A DNA stretch of 64,000 nt from NCBI RefSeq assembly GCF_009914755.1, contig NC_060935.1; one strand, 5' to 3'. Shown here piece by piece: positions 26,671 to 43,659 of the stretch (position 1 is its first letter; each line of letters starts with the position of its first letter). Under the pieces are notes generated by a model. It made no database searches and had not been told where the DNA came from. It was given only the letters and a program-made list of their open reading frames with translations. A program made the translations under genes and the position numbers. This DNA comes from the human T2T-CHM13v2.0 reference genome, Homo sapiens.

Positions 26671-28685
26671 CTGTTAATACATTCCCAGACAGTAGCCATG
26701 GAATACTTACGTGTCTCATAACCCCATAAATATATACACCTGCTCTATACCCACAAAAATTTGTTTTAAAAAGTGAAAAAACAGATTAATTCTAAAATAC
26801 TGTAAAATATTTACTAATATAATTTTGTTCTTTAATTAAAGATAACTACAAAATTAATGAAAGAAATTCATCCTATAGCCTGGTCATTTGCTTATCATTA
26901 GTGAGTATGAATTTTTAAAAAGGTAAACAATTTGGGAATGTTTCTCATTTTATTCTGAATTCAAAGGCAATTTCACAGATAATATATCCTTTGTCTGCAA
27001 TTATATTTCCTAGAGAAGAAAATATTGAGAGAATGGATTATTACCATTCCAAACTCAAATTAATCTTGACATTCATTATAACTATTGAATATGATGCCAT
27101 TATAGTTCATATTTGACAGTAAAACGTAGAAGACAATACATTTTTGTCCAGAGTAGACAAAAGTGCTGTCAAAGTTATCAATTTGAAACTAAGAGCAAAA
27201 GGCCTTGACAAGATTATCTCCTAATTAAATATTCCTGTCTGTTGAGTACTAGAATAAAGTACACAGTTGGAGGTCTGAGCCCACAGCCAATGGCCATGTC
27301 CCATTCAAATAGCAATATCATTCTCTCTTGCATTTTAAAAACCAGCTTTAGATACTTTTCTTACTTGTGAATATATTAGATCTTTCTCCAAATACCTCTA
27401 AGAACAATTAGGAACAAAGAACTCAGTTATGAGAGTTACTTGAATGTCTAGTGCATAAACTTTTTGAACTACAAGTCTTCTTACTTTAAATTGAATCAAG
27501 AAACAAAATGCTACAGTTCTTGTCTATTAAAGAAAAAAACATCATGTAAACATTGCCATGCAGGTAACTCTAAGTTGACTTATGTTCCACCTCTGCCTGG
27601 TAGGATACAAAACAATGGTGCTTGAATAGATAGAACCCTGTTTTACTTAGCGCTCCAACAAGAGAAGGCTGCCAGGCAGTGCTACACAAGGAGGTTGTAC
27701 CTGGGGACAGGGTCTTACCAACCCAGAGACATAGAGGACACCTTATATATGGCAATTGGAATGGGCTTAGCTAGGTTTCACAGACTCCCGGTAGTTTGGA
27801 TAGTTAGAACAATTTTGCAGTCTCCTGCTGTTTCTAGTTGTCTGGTGCCTGGCTCCAGGGAGATTTGGCTGGCGCACAGTGACCTTGCATTGTGAGATCC
27901 TGGATACACGAAGTGTTTAGAGTATGAACCTAAACAACTACTCACGAAGGAAAACTGATCAACCTCTTCACAAGGCTCCAAAACTAGATGAGGAAAGTAT
28001 TTTAAAAATACTTATTTATAATGTCCTTAACCGCCCTAACAAAGGATTTCACATATTCCTAGTAAAGAATGAGTTGAATTAAAGTTAGAACCATCCTATG
28101 TTTACATCCTTGTTTACAATAGATATCTGATGTTGACTTCACCCGTATGTTTATAATTCAGTAAATTTGTCATTGCTTGCTTACTCCAATGTCAAATACT
28201 CTCACAAAATTATTTCTGAAACTATTATAATTCATTGATTTTTTTGGTATCTAGTCAAGTTGCATTTGGTTACTTTACTTTTTTAACTCCTAGAAAAGAA
28301 TTCCATTGGATGTGATTAATGATGTGCCTCTGAAAATTTAACCTCAAGTGAAAACTGCGATTAAAATTTTGTTGCCAGGGTGTTATGTCAGTACTCCAAA
28401 CCTGTTTCATTATTTATCAAAATAAAATCATAGTAGCTAATGATATCTCCATGTAAGGTGTTTTGTGTGTTCTTTTGCATACTAATGTTACTTGATATTT
28501 TAACAGATATATGTGTGTATATATATGTGTGTGTGTGTATGTGTATGCACACACATTGCCTTTAATGAAAGCTGTGATAAAGAAGAAAAATAAAAAAATT
28601 AATTCCTATTGTACATTTTACCGAAAATATTAGGCAGACCACAAAACTAAGCATTATATGTAACTTTAAAGTATAAGATAAAATC

Positions 28686-29706
28686 GAAGATGGCCAAATA
28701 GGAACAGCTCCAGTCTACAGCTCCCAGCATGAGCGACGCAGAAGATGGGTGATTTCTGCATTTCCAACTGAGGTACCGGGTTCATCTCACTGGGGAGTGT
28801 CAGAAAGTGGGTGCAGGACAGTGGGTGCAGTGCGCCAAGCATGAGCCGAAGCAGGGTGAGGCATTGCCTCATCCGGAAGAGCAAGGGGTAAGGGAATTCC
28901 CTTTCCTAGTCAAAGAAAGGGGTGACAGACAGCACCTAGAAAATCGCGCCACTCCCACCCTAATACTGTGCTTTTCCAACTGTCTTAGCAAATGGCACAC
29001 TAGGAGATTACATCCCATGCCTGGCTTGGAGGGTCCTATGCCCACGAAGCTTCGCTCATTGCTAGCACAGCAGTCTGAGATCAAACTGCAAGGTGGCAGC
29101 GAGGCTGGGGGAGGGGCGCCTGCCATTGCCCAGGCTTGAGTAGGTAAACAAAGCGGCCTGGAAGCTCGAACTGAGTGGAGCCCACGGCAGCTCAAGGAGG
29201 CCTGCCTGCCGGCCTCTGTACACTCCACCTCTGGGGGCAGGAAATTGCCAAACAAAAGGCAGCAGACTCCTCTGCAGACTTAAATGTCCCTATCTGACAG
29301 CTTTGAAGAGAGTAGTGGTTCTCCCAGCACGCAGCTGGAGATCTGAGAACTAACAGACTGCCTCCTCAAGTGGGTCTCTGACCCCTGAGTAGCCTAACTG
29401 GGAGGCACCCCCCAGCAGGGGCAGACTGACACCTCACACGGCCGGGTACTCCTCTGAGACAAAACTTCCAGATGAATGATCAGGCAGCAACATTTGCTGT
29501 TCACCAATATCCGCTCTTCTGCAGCCTCCGCTGCTGATACCCAGGCAAAACAGGGTCTGGAGTGGACCTCCAGCAAACTCCAACAGACCTGCAGCTGAGG
29601 GTCCTGACTGTTAAAAGGAAAACTAACAAACAGAAAGGACATCCACACCAAAACCTCATCTGTACATCACCATCATCAAAGACCAAAGGTAGATAAAACC
29701 ACAAAG
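28686..29706 (+). promoter_or_regulatory. L1 5'UTR with internal sense and antisense promoter (YY1 core AAGATGGC at 28687-28694)
   Basis: Homology to L1PA 5'UTR; many CpGs have decayed to TG/CA; activity of this copy not shown. Confidence 0.7.
28869..29126 (-). CDS. ORF0: L1 ORF0-like antisense ORF, 85 aa, open
   Basis: MAGAPPPASLPPCSLISDCCASN...IRVGVARFSR matches the primate L1 ORF0 N-terminus; ATG at 29126 in GCAATGG context; expression unproven. Confidence 0.6.
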   Translation of the reverse strand: MAGAPPPASLPPCSLISDCCASNERSFVGIGPSKPGMGCNLLVCHLLRQLEKHSIRVGVARFSRCCLSPLSLTRKGNSLTPCSSG

Positions 29707-30722
29707 ACGGGGAAAAAACAGAGCAGAAAAACTGGAAACTCTAAAAATCAGAGTGCCTCTCCTCCTTCAAAGGAATGCAGCTCCTCACCACCAACGGAAC
29801 AAAGCTGGACGGAGAATGACTTTGATGAGTTGAGAGAAGAACGCTTCAGATGATCAAACTACACCGAGCTAAAGGAGGAAGTTCGAACCCATGGCAAAGA
29901 AGTTAAAAACCTTGAAAAAAGATTAGACGAATGGCTAACTAGAATAACCAATGCAGAGAAGTCCTTAAAGGACCTGATGGAGCTAAAAACCATGGCACGA
30001 GAATGACGTGACGAATGCACAAGCCTCAGTAGCCCATTCAATCAACTGGAAGAAAGGGTATCAGTGATGGAAGATCAAATGAATGAAATGAAGTGTGAAG
30101 AGAAGTTTAGAGAAAAAAGAATAAAAAGAAACGAACAAAGCCTCCAAGAAATATGGGACTATGTGAAAAGACCAAATCTATGTCTGATTGGTGTACCTGA
30201 AAGTGATGGGGAGAATGGAACCAAGTTGGAAAACACTCTACAGGATATTATCCAGGAGAAATTCCCCAATCTAGCAAGGCAGGCCAACATTCAAATTCAG
30301 GAAATACAGAGGACGCCACAAAAATACTCCTCGAGAAGAGCAACTCCAAGACACATAATTGTCAGATTCACCAAAGTTGAAATGAAGGAAAAAATGTTAA
30401 GGGCAGCCAGAGAGACATGTCGGGTTACCCTCAAAGGGAAGCCCATCACACTAACAGCGGATCTCTCTGCAGAAACGCTACAAGCCAGAAGAGAGTGGGG
30501 GCCAATATTCAACTTCTTAAAGAAAAGAATTTTCAACACAGAATTTCATATCCAGCCAAACTAAGCTTCATAAATGAAGGAGAAATAAAATCCTTTACAG
30601 ACAAGCAAATGCTGAGAGATTTTGTCACCACCAGGCCTGCCCTAAAAGAGCTCCTGAAGGAAGCACTAAACATGGAAAGGAACAACCGGTACCAGCCACT
30701 GCAAAAACATGCCAAATTGTAA
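29707..30722 (+). pseudogene. ORF1: L1 ORF1p (RNA-binding) pseudogene
   Basis: Start codon ATG>ACG at 29707, in-frame TGA at 29851 and 30004, frameshift near 30520; fragments EIWDYVKRPNL, RATPRHIIVRF, YPAKLSF. Confidence 0.95.
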
Positions 30723-30785
30723 AGACCATCAAGGCTAGGAAGAAACTGCAACAACTAATGAGCAGAAGAACCAGCTAACTTCATA

Positions 30786-34609
<3,824 letters not shown>

Positions 34610-35328
34610 ACAGTGAGAACACATGGACACAGGAAGGGAAACATCACACACCGAGGCCTGTTGTGGGGTAGGGGGAGCGGGGAGGGATAGCATTAGGAGA
34701 TATACCTAATGTTAAATGAGGAGTTACTGGGTGCAGCACACCAGCATGGCACATGTGTACACAGGTAACTAACCTGCACGTTGTGCACATGTACTCTAAA
34801 ACTTAAAGTACAAAAATAAAAATAAAAATAAAGTATTAGATAAAATCAAGAGAAAAAAATGATGAGTCCCCTGAATTTGCAAATATTTGTTAATCCATGG
34901 CAAGTAGAACACATTTGTATATTTCTTAAAATAAAATGTCGGCTATTACATAAGAATTGAAGAAACACACAATGCCATTGACTTTCCTTTGGGACTTTAT
35001 TTTCTTAACTATGGAATTGAGAATGTTGTCTCTCCAGTTTCAGCTCTAAAAACTGTATCATTTTGTGAAATCAGAATAGATTTTTATCCTCTTTTACCTT
35101 TCATCTTTGATGTTTTTATCAGCCAGTTTGAGTAGACCTAATTCACATTTGATACCAGCTTTTATTGTGTGTGCATTCTTCCATCGAGAAATTACCCTTT
35201 CCTCGTTACATTTTGGAAATCCTCGTTTGGTGAAACTCACTTAAAAGCACCCTCAGTCTCCTACACGAATGGGCAAGGAATCCAGAAAGTGGCATAAAGA
35301 CTCATGCTCAGGGTGCTGGATCAGGAAA

Positions 35329-35704
35329 TGCTCTGGTTTGAATGTGTCCCCCAACACTCATGTGTTGGAAACTTAATCCCCCAATGCAACACTGTTGAGA
35401 ACTAGGGCCTTTAAGACCTATAATTAAATCATGAGAGTTCTGTCTTCAGTGAATAATGCTGTATTCACTGGAGCGATACTAGTCAGCTATTGTGAAAGTG
35501 CATTTGTATTTCTCTCAATCGCTCTCTCTCTTTCTTGCCTTTCCACCTTCCACCATGGAATGAGGCAATGAGAAGACCTGGATCAGATGTAGGACCCTCA
35601 ACCTTGAATTTCCTAGCCTCCAGAACTGTAAGAAATGAATCTCTGTTCTTTATAAATTACTCAATCCCAGGTATTATGTTTTAGCAGCATAAAATGGTAT
35701 GACA
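35329..35704 (+). mobile_element. MST-type MaLR solo LTR
   Basis: TGCTCTGGTTTGAATGTGTCCCC...GTTGGAAACTTAATCCCC...CCTCCAGAACTGTAAGAAAT...TTTATAAATTACTCAATC..GGTATT...GACA. Confidence 0.9.
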
Positions 35705-35799
35705 TAGGAAATAATAAAATAAAAACAAGCTCTTTGGACCACTGGTTATATAAAACATCCTCCAAGCAGAACGATAAGAAGCAAAGAACAGGTTACCAA

Positions 35800-35900
35800 T
35801 CAGAAGACCCAACCTCAACACTAAATCACTATGTGACCTTGAAATGTTGGACCTTTCTGTCAGTTTCCTCAAGTATAAAATTAAATGCTGAGAACTAAGT
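35800..35900 (+). mobile_element. MIR core fragment
   Basis: CACTATGTGACCTTG...TTTCTGTCAGTTTCCTCA. Confidence 0.65.
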
Positions 35901-35999
35901 TCTCAGATTACTCAGAAACTCTTTCCACGGTTTTATCCACTTGACAAAGATAAGAAGCCAGGAAAAATAATGGCTGAATTTAAAGACATTTAGTGATTA

Positions 36000-37560
36000 A
36001 AGGCTTCTATTTTGTATTCCATTTTAATTTACTTTATTTTTTTGCTACTATATCTGGTTGTAAATTGTTTCAGTGGTTGACTTCAACATTGATATATACA
36101 TGTTTAACATTTCATTGTCTACTTAGAATCAATTGTGAACATTTTAAGTGGACTATAAAATCCTTACCACTGTATAGGTCACTCCTCTTTATGCTATGTA
36201 GTTGTCTTACATATTACATTTATATGCATAGAAAATTTTATCAGACATACACATATACGCTTTTTTGCTTTTAACAGTAACATGTATTTTAAAAAACATA
36301 AAGGAAAAAGAATTATTCTATTATCCATATTTTTTCCATTTCTGTTGCCCTCCCTTCATTCCTGATGTTCTAAGTTTCTTTTTAGTATTTTCTGCCTTCT
36401 TTTTTAAAGAAATTCCATTAGCAATTCTTTTAGAACAGGCCTGCTTGGCAATAAATGCTCTTAGTTTTCTGTGAATGTCTTTGTTTAACATTTATTCCCG
36501 AAATATTGTTTTTTCTTTCTGTTTAAGATTTAAAAATTCTTGTTGATCTATGTTCAATTCACCAGTTTTCTGCTTTCTCTGCCATCTCCATTCCACTACT
36601 GAGGTGTGTGTTTGTGTGTGTATGTATTTACTGTTTTTTTTCCTCCTAGAATTTCCATTTGGTTCTTTCTTACATATTTTATTTCTTTGTTAAGACTTAT
36701 TATATTCCCACTTGTTTCAACAGTGTTCATGATTGCTTAGTGAAACATTTGTATAGTAACCAAAATTTTATCAGATATTTTCAACATCAATAACATCTTT
36801 GTTTTGGCATCTGTTAATTGTATTTTCCCATGAAATTGACATTTTTCTTTGTCTTTTATACTGAATAATTTTGGATTATATCCTAAATATTTGGATTATT
36901 TTGTTTTAAGTCTGGGTTTTATTTAATTTCTATGAAGGATTATATTTTTGTTTAGCAGACAATCAACCTGGTTAGATTCAGGCAAGAGGTTAAATCTCAC
37001 TTCCTGTGGGCAGTTCACTTTCAAAAGCTTTTGCAGACTACTCAGATCTGTCCTGTAATGGTCACTCTGTTCATTCAGTTTTCAAAGTCTTTGATATGCT
37101 GTGTAGAATCAGATCCACACATATGCAGCTAGAGCACTAAGGCATTTATAAATAAGGGAGTTGTTTTCTTGAGTTTTTCCCTTGCTGCATTTTCCTCAAT
37201 CTTTTTTGAGCAGTTTTCTTCTTACTCTTTATCTAGAATGCTTGAGTTTTGCTTATCTCACTCTGCCATGTATTTCTACAATGGCTCCCACATCCAAGTG
37301 GAATAACAAAGAGAGAGAGAAAAAACTAAAGCAAAACAGAATAGAGGTTGGATTCACCATCTTGGAAACACATTTCTGTAAAATTGACAGGGAAAGGTTT
37401 TCCTTCCACGAATTTTTTCTCTTTCAGTCTCTCACTGCCATCAGTTGCAATCACCAACACAGCACGAAAGAATGGAGAAAATAAGAGAAAAAAGTGGATA
37501 TATTCCAAACCTCGCCTGAGCTTTGGTGTTCCTTCGTTCACTCACTGAGCCAATAATAGA
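36000..37560 (-). mobile_element. Ancient L1M (L1ME/L1M4-like) 5'/ORF1-region remnant
   Basis: T-rich plus strand with TCTGCTTGGCAATAAATGCTCTTAGTTTT-like, AATTTCCATTTGGTTCTTT and TTTAGCAGACAATCAACCTGGTTAG motifs. Confidence 0.6.
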
Positions 37561-37675
37561 GTAAGTCTCTTGGGATATTCTCCGTGCTCTTACATTTACT
37601 TCCAGGTTTCCAATGCATGGCCAGGGGATACCTAATAACATATATATGTATATATGTAATATATGTCAATATATT

Positions 37676-37698
37676 ACACACACACACACACACACACA
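37676..37698. repeat. (CA)n microsatellite within TA-rich tract
   Basis: Directly visible. Confidence 0.9.
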
Positions 37699-37719
37699 TG
37701 AAGTGTGCTTAAATCTAGA

Positions 37720-39720
37720 CCACTTATATTTTATTTAATAATAAATATGCTCAGATTTAGGCTGGCTATTTTATTATTTATTTTCTATTTATCCAATCAG
37801 TTTCATATTATTCTTATTCCCCTTATCTGTCTCGTTTTGTATTATTTAAATATATTTTAGCATTTCATTTTAATTTATCTGTTGATTTTTGGACTACATA
37901 ATTTTGTATTATTTGTAGTGGTCTCTAAAGATTAAAATATACATAGCTAATTATTCACTGTCTTTTTAGAGTTAATATTTTATCACTCTTAGTAAAACAG
38001 GAGCCCTACAAACGTACAGGACCTTGTTCTTTCCCACTTTATCCCTTAGTTGTCATTTATTACTTCTACATATATTCAAAGTCCCAGAAAATAATTTTTT
38101 TTGCTTTAAAAAGTCACACATTTTTAAAAACATAAAAGGAGAAAAATTGCGTCCTATATTTACTTATTTACAATTGTTTTTATTCCTGCCATTACAAGTT
38201 TCTGATGTAACTTCTTTTCAGTCTGAAAAACATAATTTAACATTTCTCTTTGCACTTGTCTGTTGGTGATGAAATATATTTGTATTCTTCATCCAAGTAT
38301 ATCTTCATTTCTCCACCACTCCAGAAGAATATTTTGGCTACACATAGAATTGTGGGTCGACTTTTCTTTCCTATGGTATTTTAAAGATATAGTTCCAAGG
38401 TCTTATCACCTTCATGGTTTCTCATGTGAAAGCAATACTCATCCAAGTTGTTTTCCTATAAATAATAAATCAATTTCATCTGGTTTCTTTCATTTTTTTC
38501 TTTTTTTGCATTTTCAGCAGTTTGGTTATGATTTGTATTGGCATGAATTTCCTTGAGTTTACCTGTTTTTCTATTGTTGAACTTTGTAAATCTGCAAATT
38601 CATGTCTTTCAACAAATATGATACTTGTTTAGCCATTATTTCTTCAAACATTTTTATTCACTATGTTATACATTTCTTCTGCTAAAATTTTAGTAGCAAA
38701 AATCTTAGATAGCTTGACAATATCTCACAGACTGTGGAAACCATATTCAGGATTTTTGTTTTTTCTATTCTTGTGCTCTCTGCTTTTCAAACTGGATCAC
38801 TTTTATTGACTTATCTCCACGTTAACTAATTCATTTTCTCTGTCATCTCCATTATGTTATTAAGCCCAAGAAGTAAATTATTTTTCTTCAGGTATTTTAC
38901 TTTTCAGTTCTAAAATTCCTATTTGATACCTTTGTGGTTTTTCTTTCTTGGTTGAAAGCTTCTGTTTGTATTCATTTCAATATTCATTTCTTCTATCTCA
39001 TTAGGCACGGTAAAAATATCTGCTTTCAAGTATTTGATAAGTCTTTCACTTGTATTATCTCAAGGATAATTACCTCTTCCCTTGAGGATTGGTTCCATCT
39101 TCCTTGCTCTTTCTACGTGGAGAATGATAAGTGGTAACCCTGACCTTTTGAATAATATGTTGTAAGACACTGGGTCCTATTAATATACTATGGAAAGTGT
39201 TTATTATTTTGCTGTAGCAAACAACCAACCCACTTAAGTTTATAACACAAGGTCTATCTAATTTTCTGTGGGTGGTGGTTCCAATTGCAGTTTGGTTTTT
39301 AAAACTTTTGCTATGTGGCTTTGTAGCCACACATGAGGTTCTCAGGGTTTAATCTTGGCATTGAGAAGTTTTTTATATCTTATTTCAGTTCTCAATGATT
39401 TCTTGGGCTTCTTTGGGTCTTTTTTGCACATGAATAGCTTAGGTTTGAGCCTGATCTTGTGTTGGTTCATACTCTGAGAGAATCTACTGACCCTCCTGCT
39501 GTCATGTTTTTTCACAGGTGGGCCATCAATCAGTCAAAGCCCAGAGAGGAGAGTTTTATAAAAATAAGGGAGCTCACATCCATAATGGGTCATTCTTCCA
39601 GTTTTGGCTTTCTTCCTCAATCTGGATTCTATTGTTAACTTCTCAGAGTCTTCGGGTCTCTTATGGCTTCTACAGAGATAGGCTGTCATGGGCTTACCCC
39701 ACCTACTTAACTGTCCAACA
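37720..39720 (-). mobile_element. Second ancient L1M 5'/ORF1-region remnant
   Basis: TTTTCAGCAGTTTGGTTATGAT, TTTAGCCATTATTTCTTCAAACATTTTT, TTCAGTTCTAAAATTCCTATTTG. Confidence 0.65.
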
Positions 39721-40859
39721 TCAGAAGTTGAAAGTACTACATTTCAGTGGGTAGTTTACTGTGTGTACTTTGGAAGAAGGTTTTTTTTTTTTCAAGTTTA
39801 CGTATACCACTTTCATATCAATGATAAAAGTCATCTAAGATACAGTTAAACATATTGGTCTTTCTCCCTGTGCCTATTATATTTCTGGTAGAAAGAAAAC
39901 TGAATTATTTCAGATGCCTCTCTGGAGACAGAAAGCAGGACAGTATGAGTAGGTGTTTTTCTTCCGAAGATATTGGAAATTTAGTCGCACCTGTCACAAC
40001 TTTCTCTGATGGGATAAATTTCTGGGTAAAGTCAAAGTTCCCAGCTGGTAGGCTCCAGCCTTGACAATTGGTATGAATTGATTGGTATTCAAATTAGGAC
40101 AAAATCTTAATGTTTTCCCTGTTTGAAAAATGGGGCGGGAGGAGGAGTTCACTTTGTAAAAATAATATTTTATCTGTAGGTATCAAATTGATGGTTAAGA
40201 GAGGGAAATTATTATTAAATTTTCAGAGAAGGGGAAATATGATGTTATTTTATATTGCTCTGTTATTATTACTTGAACTGCATTACCAGATATTCATTGA
40301 ATAACCATATATAATAAATTGATCAGATAGCATATCTGGGTATAAATGAGGACAATAAATATAAAAGCAGTGATTTTTTAAAATATTTTATTGGACTAGG
40401 ATTTAAGGCCAAACTTGTGTAAAACATCTCTTTATTCCAGTTCAGTCGAATCTGGTGGCAATATTAAAATGGCTTCAGGGTTTGACTTGCCCCCGTCCAT
40501 TAGTAGCAAATGAATACAGAGTAGCTAGTTACAGACAAGAGAAACAGCCTCTGACACAGATAAGATGTTCCCAATTTTTCACTTATCTTTTTAGTGGAAA
40601 GCACACTTATCTTTTGTTCCTTCTCTTGTTAGTGTATTTGTTTTAACAAGACAAGGAACAAATTTAAGGGAATATTAGTGGCACAGAAACCTTTAGTAGG
40701 TGCTCAATTTCTTCCATCCAGAAGTTCACCCTGCACCCTGCTTCATGCCCATATTTATGGGGAACTTGCAGTGGCAGCAGAAACTGATTGAGACTTGCAA
40801 GTATGTAGATCTTTTCATCTTTGCCTTCAGGTTAGACTTACACCTCTCTCCCAAAGAAT

Positions 40860-41015
40860 GCTTCTTTCTCCTTAACCATTCTCCTCTCCTTTTCTCTCTT
40901 CTTCTCCTTTTCCCTTCCCTTCCTTTCTTTTTCCTCTTTTTCTGGATTGTCTTTCTTCTGTCGTTGCATTATTGTCATTTTTCTTCCTTACTCCACCCCT
41001 CATTCCTTCCACCCT
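40860..41015. repeat. Pyrimidine-rich (CT-rich) low-complexity tract
   Basis: Directly visible. Confidence 0.8.
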
Positions 41016-41782
41016 TCGTGTCAAAGCCATGTGCGTAAATTTGTAAGTTAATTGTCGTGGATAATTTTTTAATTTAAAATTTTAACAGAATATAAGAGAT
41101 ACGTCTAATTATAATTATTTGCAATAAAGAAAATGCTCAAATACATAACATATTTGAAAAGCAGTAAAAATAAATAAGCAAGATTAAGCTGAGGACTCAG
41201 TTAAATTGAGCCAAAGCACGGTTGTGCTAAATTCAAGATACTCAAATTTGGCTTAGTCTTTTCTCGCTGTTAGTTAATTAATTAGGAATGCAGTTGTTAC
41301 ATAAAATCTTACAATAATGAAATATATACAAATGCTGAAGAGCTCTATTGGCCATACATTATTGTTTATATGTTTAATGTTTACTCTAATATTATGAAAT
41401 ATTTTAAATTAAGCTATTCAGGTATGCCTTTATTCAACATTTATAATGTGAGGTTCTGGTACAAGCACCAAAAAAAATGCAATGAAAATCATAAATCATA
41501 GTTTTGCAAAATGTTTTTTACGAGAAGTAATACCTAAGAGATCTTCTGGCCAAACTCTTCATTTTAGGGTCAATTATTTGAGATGTCGTGAGGATAGGGG
41601 CCTGATGCCAGTACAGGAAATAGAGGTAGACTTGGCCTTTTCCTGTGAGAATTTGTAATCTCATGAAATGGTAAGATACATGCTCATCACTACTATCTTT
41701 TTAGGAACAAATAAAGAGTTTCAAGGAGAAAAGTGAGATAAGATGGGTCTCATAACAGGAGTATGCTGGAAAATGTTGATTT

Positions 41783-42197
41783 ATAGTGTTATCTCTATAC
41801 TTCTAAGCTTTCTTCTGTATTCAGAGGCATACAATCTGTAAACTACATTTCCCAAACCCTCTTGTTGATATTCCAATTATGTCACCCATGAGAGGTGCTT
41901 TGGACAGATCTAGAAGGTCAAGGAAAGGAGAAATCTTTATTCTCTTGTGAGGGCTATGGACTGGCATGTGGGCATTGATAGATGGGAACTGCAGGGTTTG
42001 TCATTGAGACTCCCCTTGGTGCTGCAGTCAAGGGGAGTTTCTGTTTCCTGAAATTATAGATTTCCTGAGAATAGCCTGTCTGATCTTTGCCCTCTACCCA
42101 TCTTACATCGGTTATGTAAGGCTCTATTTCCTTTTATTAAGCATCCTTCCCTTCTAAATAACTAGAATGGCTTCCTGACCAAACCATAGTTAATACA
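41783..42197 (+). mobile_element. LTR33-like ERVL solo LTR
   Basis: AAACTACATTTCCCAAACCCTCTTG...CCCATGAGAGGTGC...ATCCTTCCCTTCTAAATAACTAGAATGGCTTC...TAATACA. Confidence 0.65.
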
Positions 42198-42512
42198 AGG
42201 ATCATTAGTAATGCAGTCACAAGCTTTAGAAAGGTAAATAAAATTGATGCCAAGTATTTCATAACCTTAAAACTGCCTAGTGGAGAAGAGGAGGCTAAGA
42301 TGAGAATGAGTGCATTCAACTTTGAAGGGCCCGCTGTGCTATGGCAAGTTTTTATCCTGAAAACTAGTAGAAATATCACTTCATGGATGGCTTTTGCTGG
42401 GTGTTGAAGAAGTGAAAATGTGCACAAGGAGAACTGAGTGCTCCAAGGTTTGGATAGAGATTCCTACATTAGCAGTTGGCACTATAGATCTAAATACTGA
42501 TGACGAGTTGAT

Positions 42513-42515
<3 letters not shown>

Positions 42516-42561
<46 letters not shown>
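42516..42561. repeat. (GT)23 microsatellite
   Basis: Directly visible. Confidence 0.97.
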
Positions 42562-42563
<2 letters not shown>

Positions 42564-43659
42564 ATACAATCTTCCAATATTTTTTGTGCCTCTGAAGTTA
42601 GAAGGTGGCCAGAAGAAAGAGGCCAGTAATCTATGTGGGCATGCAAACACAAACACTCACAGACACATCTGCCAAGTCTATCTGGAAACTTATTTTTATG
42701 AAGTCATAGTATAATTAGCTGTTAAAATAGATATAACAACAATTGTATACTTGTTACCTTTGGCCTAATTCTTCATTATAACATCGCCCAATCTACACTC
42801 CCTATATCCAATCTGTTTGGAAATTTTGTTTTTATTTTTGTCTGTTTTGTTTTGGCCTTATATCATGTATCTTTTCTTTTTTAATATGCCTAAGCAGACC
42901 ATAGGAAAAAGCATTTCTTTGTTTGTTTGTTTCCATAAATGTACCCAATTGATCTCCTTCATTCAGCTTTCTTCTCATCTTAAGATATCCAAATCAAAAC
43001 ACACTTCAGAAATAATGGAACCTTGGTCCTTTCTGTTTTTATATGAGGGCAGTGAGCTTCAGAAACAGGAAAAACAAATAATTTTTCAAGAAATAGGACT
43101 AGAAATGACATAATTGAGACTAGGACTTGGGTCTTCCAATTCTACATTCAATGTGTTTCTTGTGACACACCAAGGCTTTCCTATAAATGAGTGAGAATCC
43201 TGAGGTTGGCTGAAAAAGCAAGCTATAATCAAAGTCAGGATATTTCTGTTGCTGTCATGATTTAGTCTCTTCATAAAGTCACGTTGCATCAGTACAACAT
43301 AAAGAGAGAGAGATAATAAAAGCTAGTAAAACAAAGTTTTTCTTAATTTTTCTAGAAGTCAAAGAAAAAAGACACTAGATTTATTACTTTAATAAGAATA
43401 ATATGTTCAAAACCTTAAAATGCCTTATCTATTTCTGAACAATCATCTATGTGAGTTAGAACACTGTTTTTCATAAAAAGATTGGTTTTCCCAATTGTGT
43501 TAGATGAATACTAATATTTGCCATGAAATGTCCAAGCTCTTCATTGATAATAACATAGTTATCTGTGGAAAAAGTGATGTGTTCACTTAAAACATTAATT
43601 AAGTGAATCACCTAATCTTATGATGAGATTTATCATTTTGTTTACCCTCAAAAAAAGTA

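Noticed and set aside
27740-27751. CCTTATATATGG as an SRF CArG box
   Set aside because: Has 8 A/T bases between CC and GG rather than the required 6.
34665-34686. G-quadruplex motif GGGG-TA-GGGGG-AGC-GGGG-A-GGG
   Set aside because: A real motif, but the standard G-rich tract of L1PA 3'UTRs, not locus-specific.
42381-42714. ORFs with CVCVCV / HTHTHT runs (also 2766-3020)
   Set aside because: Translations of (GT)n/(CA)n microsatellites.
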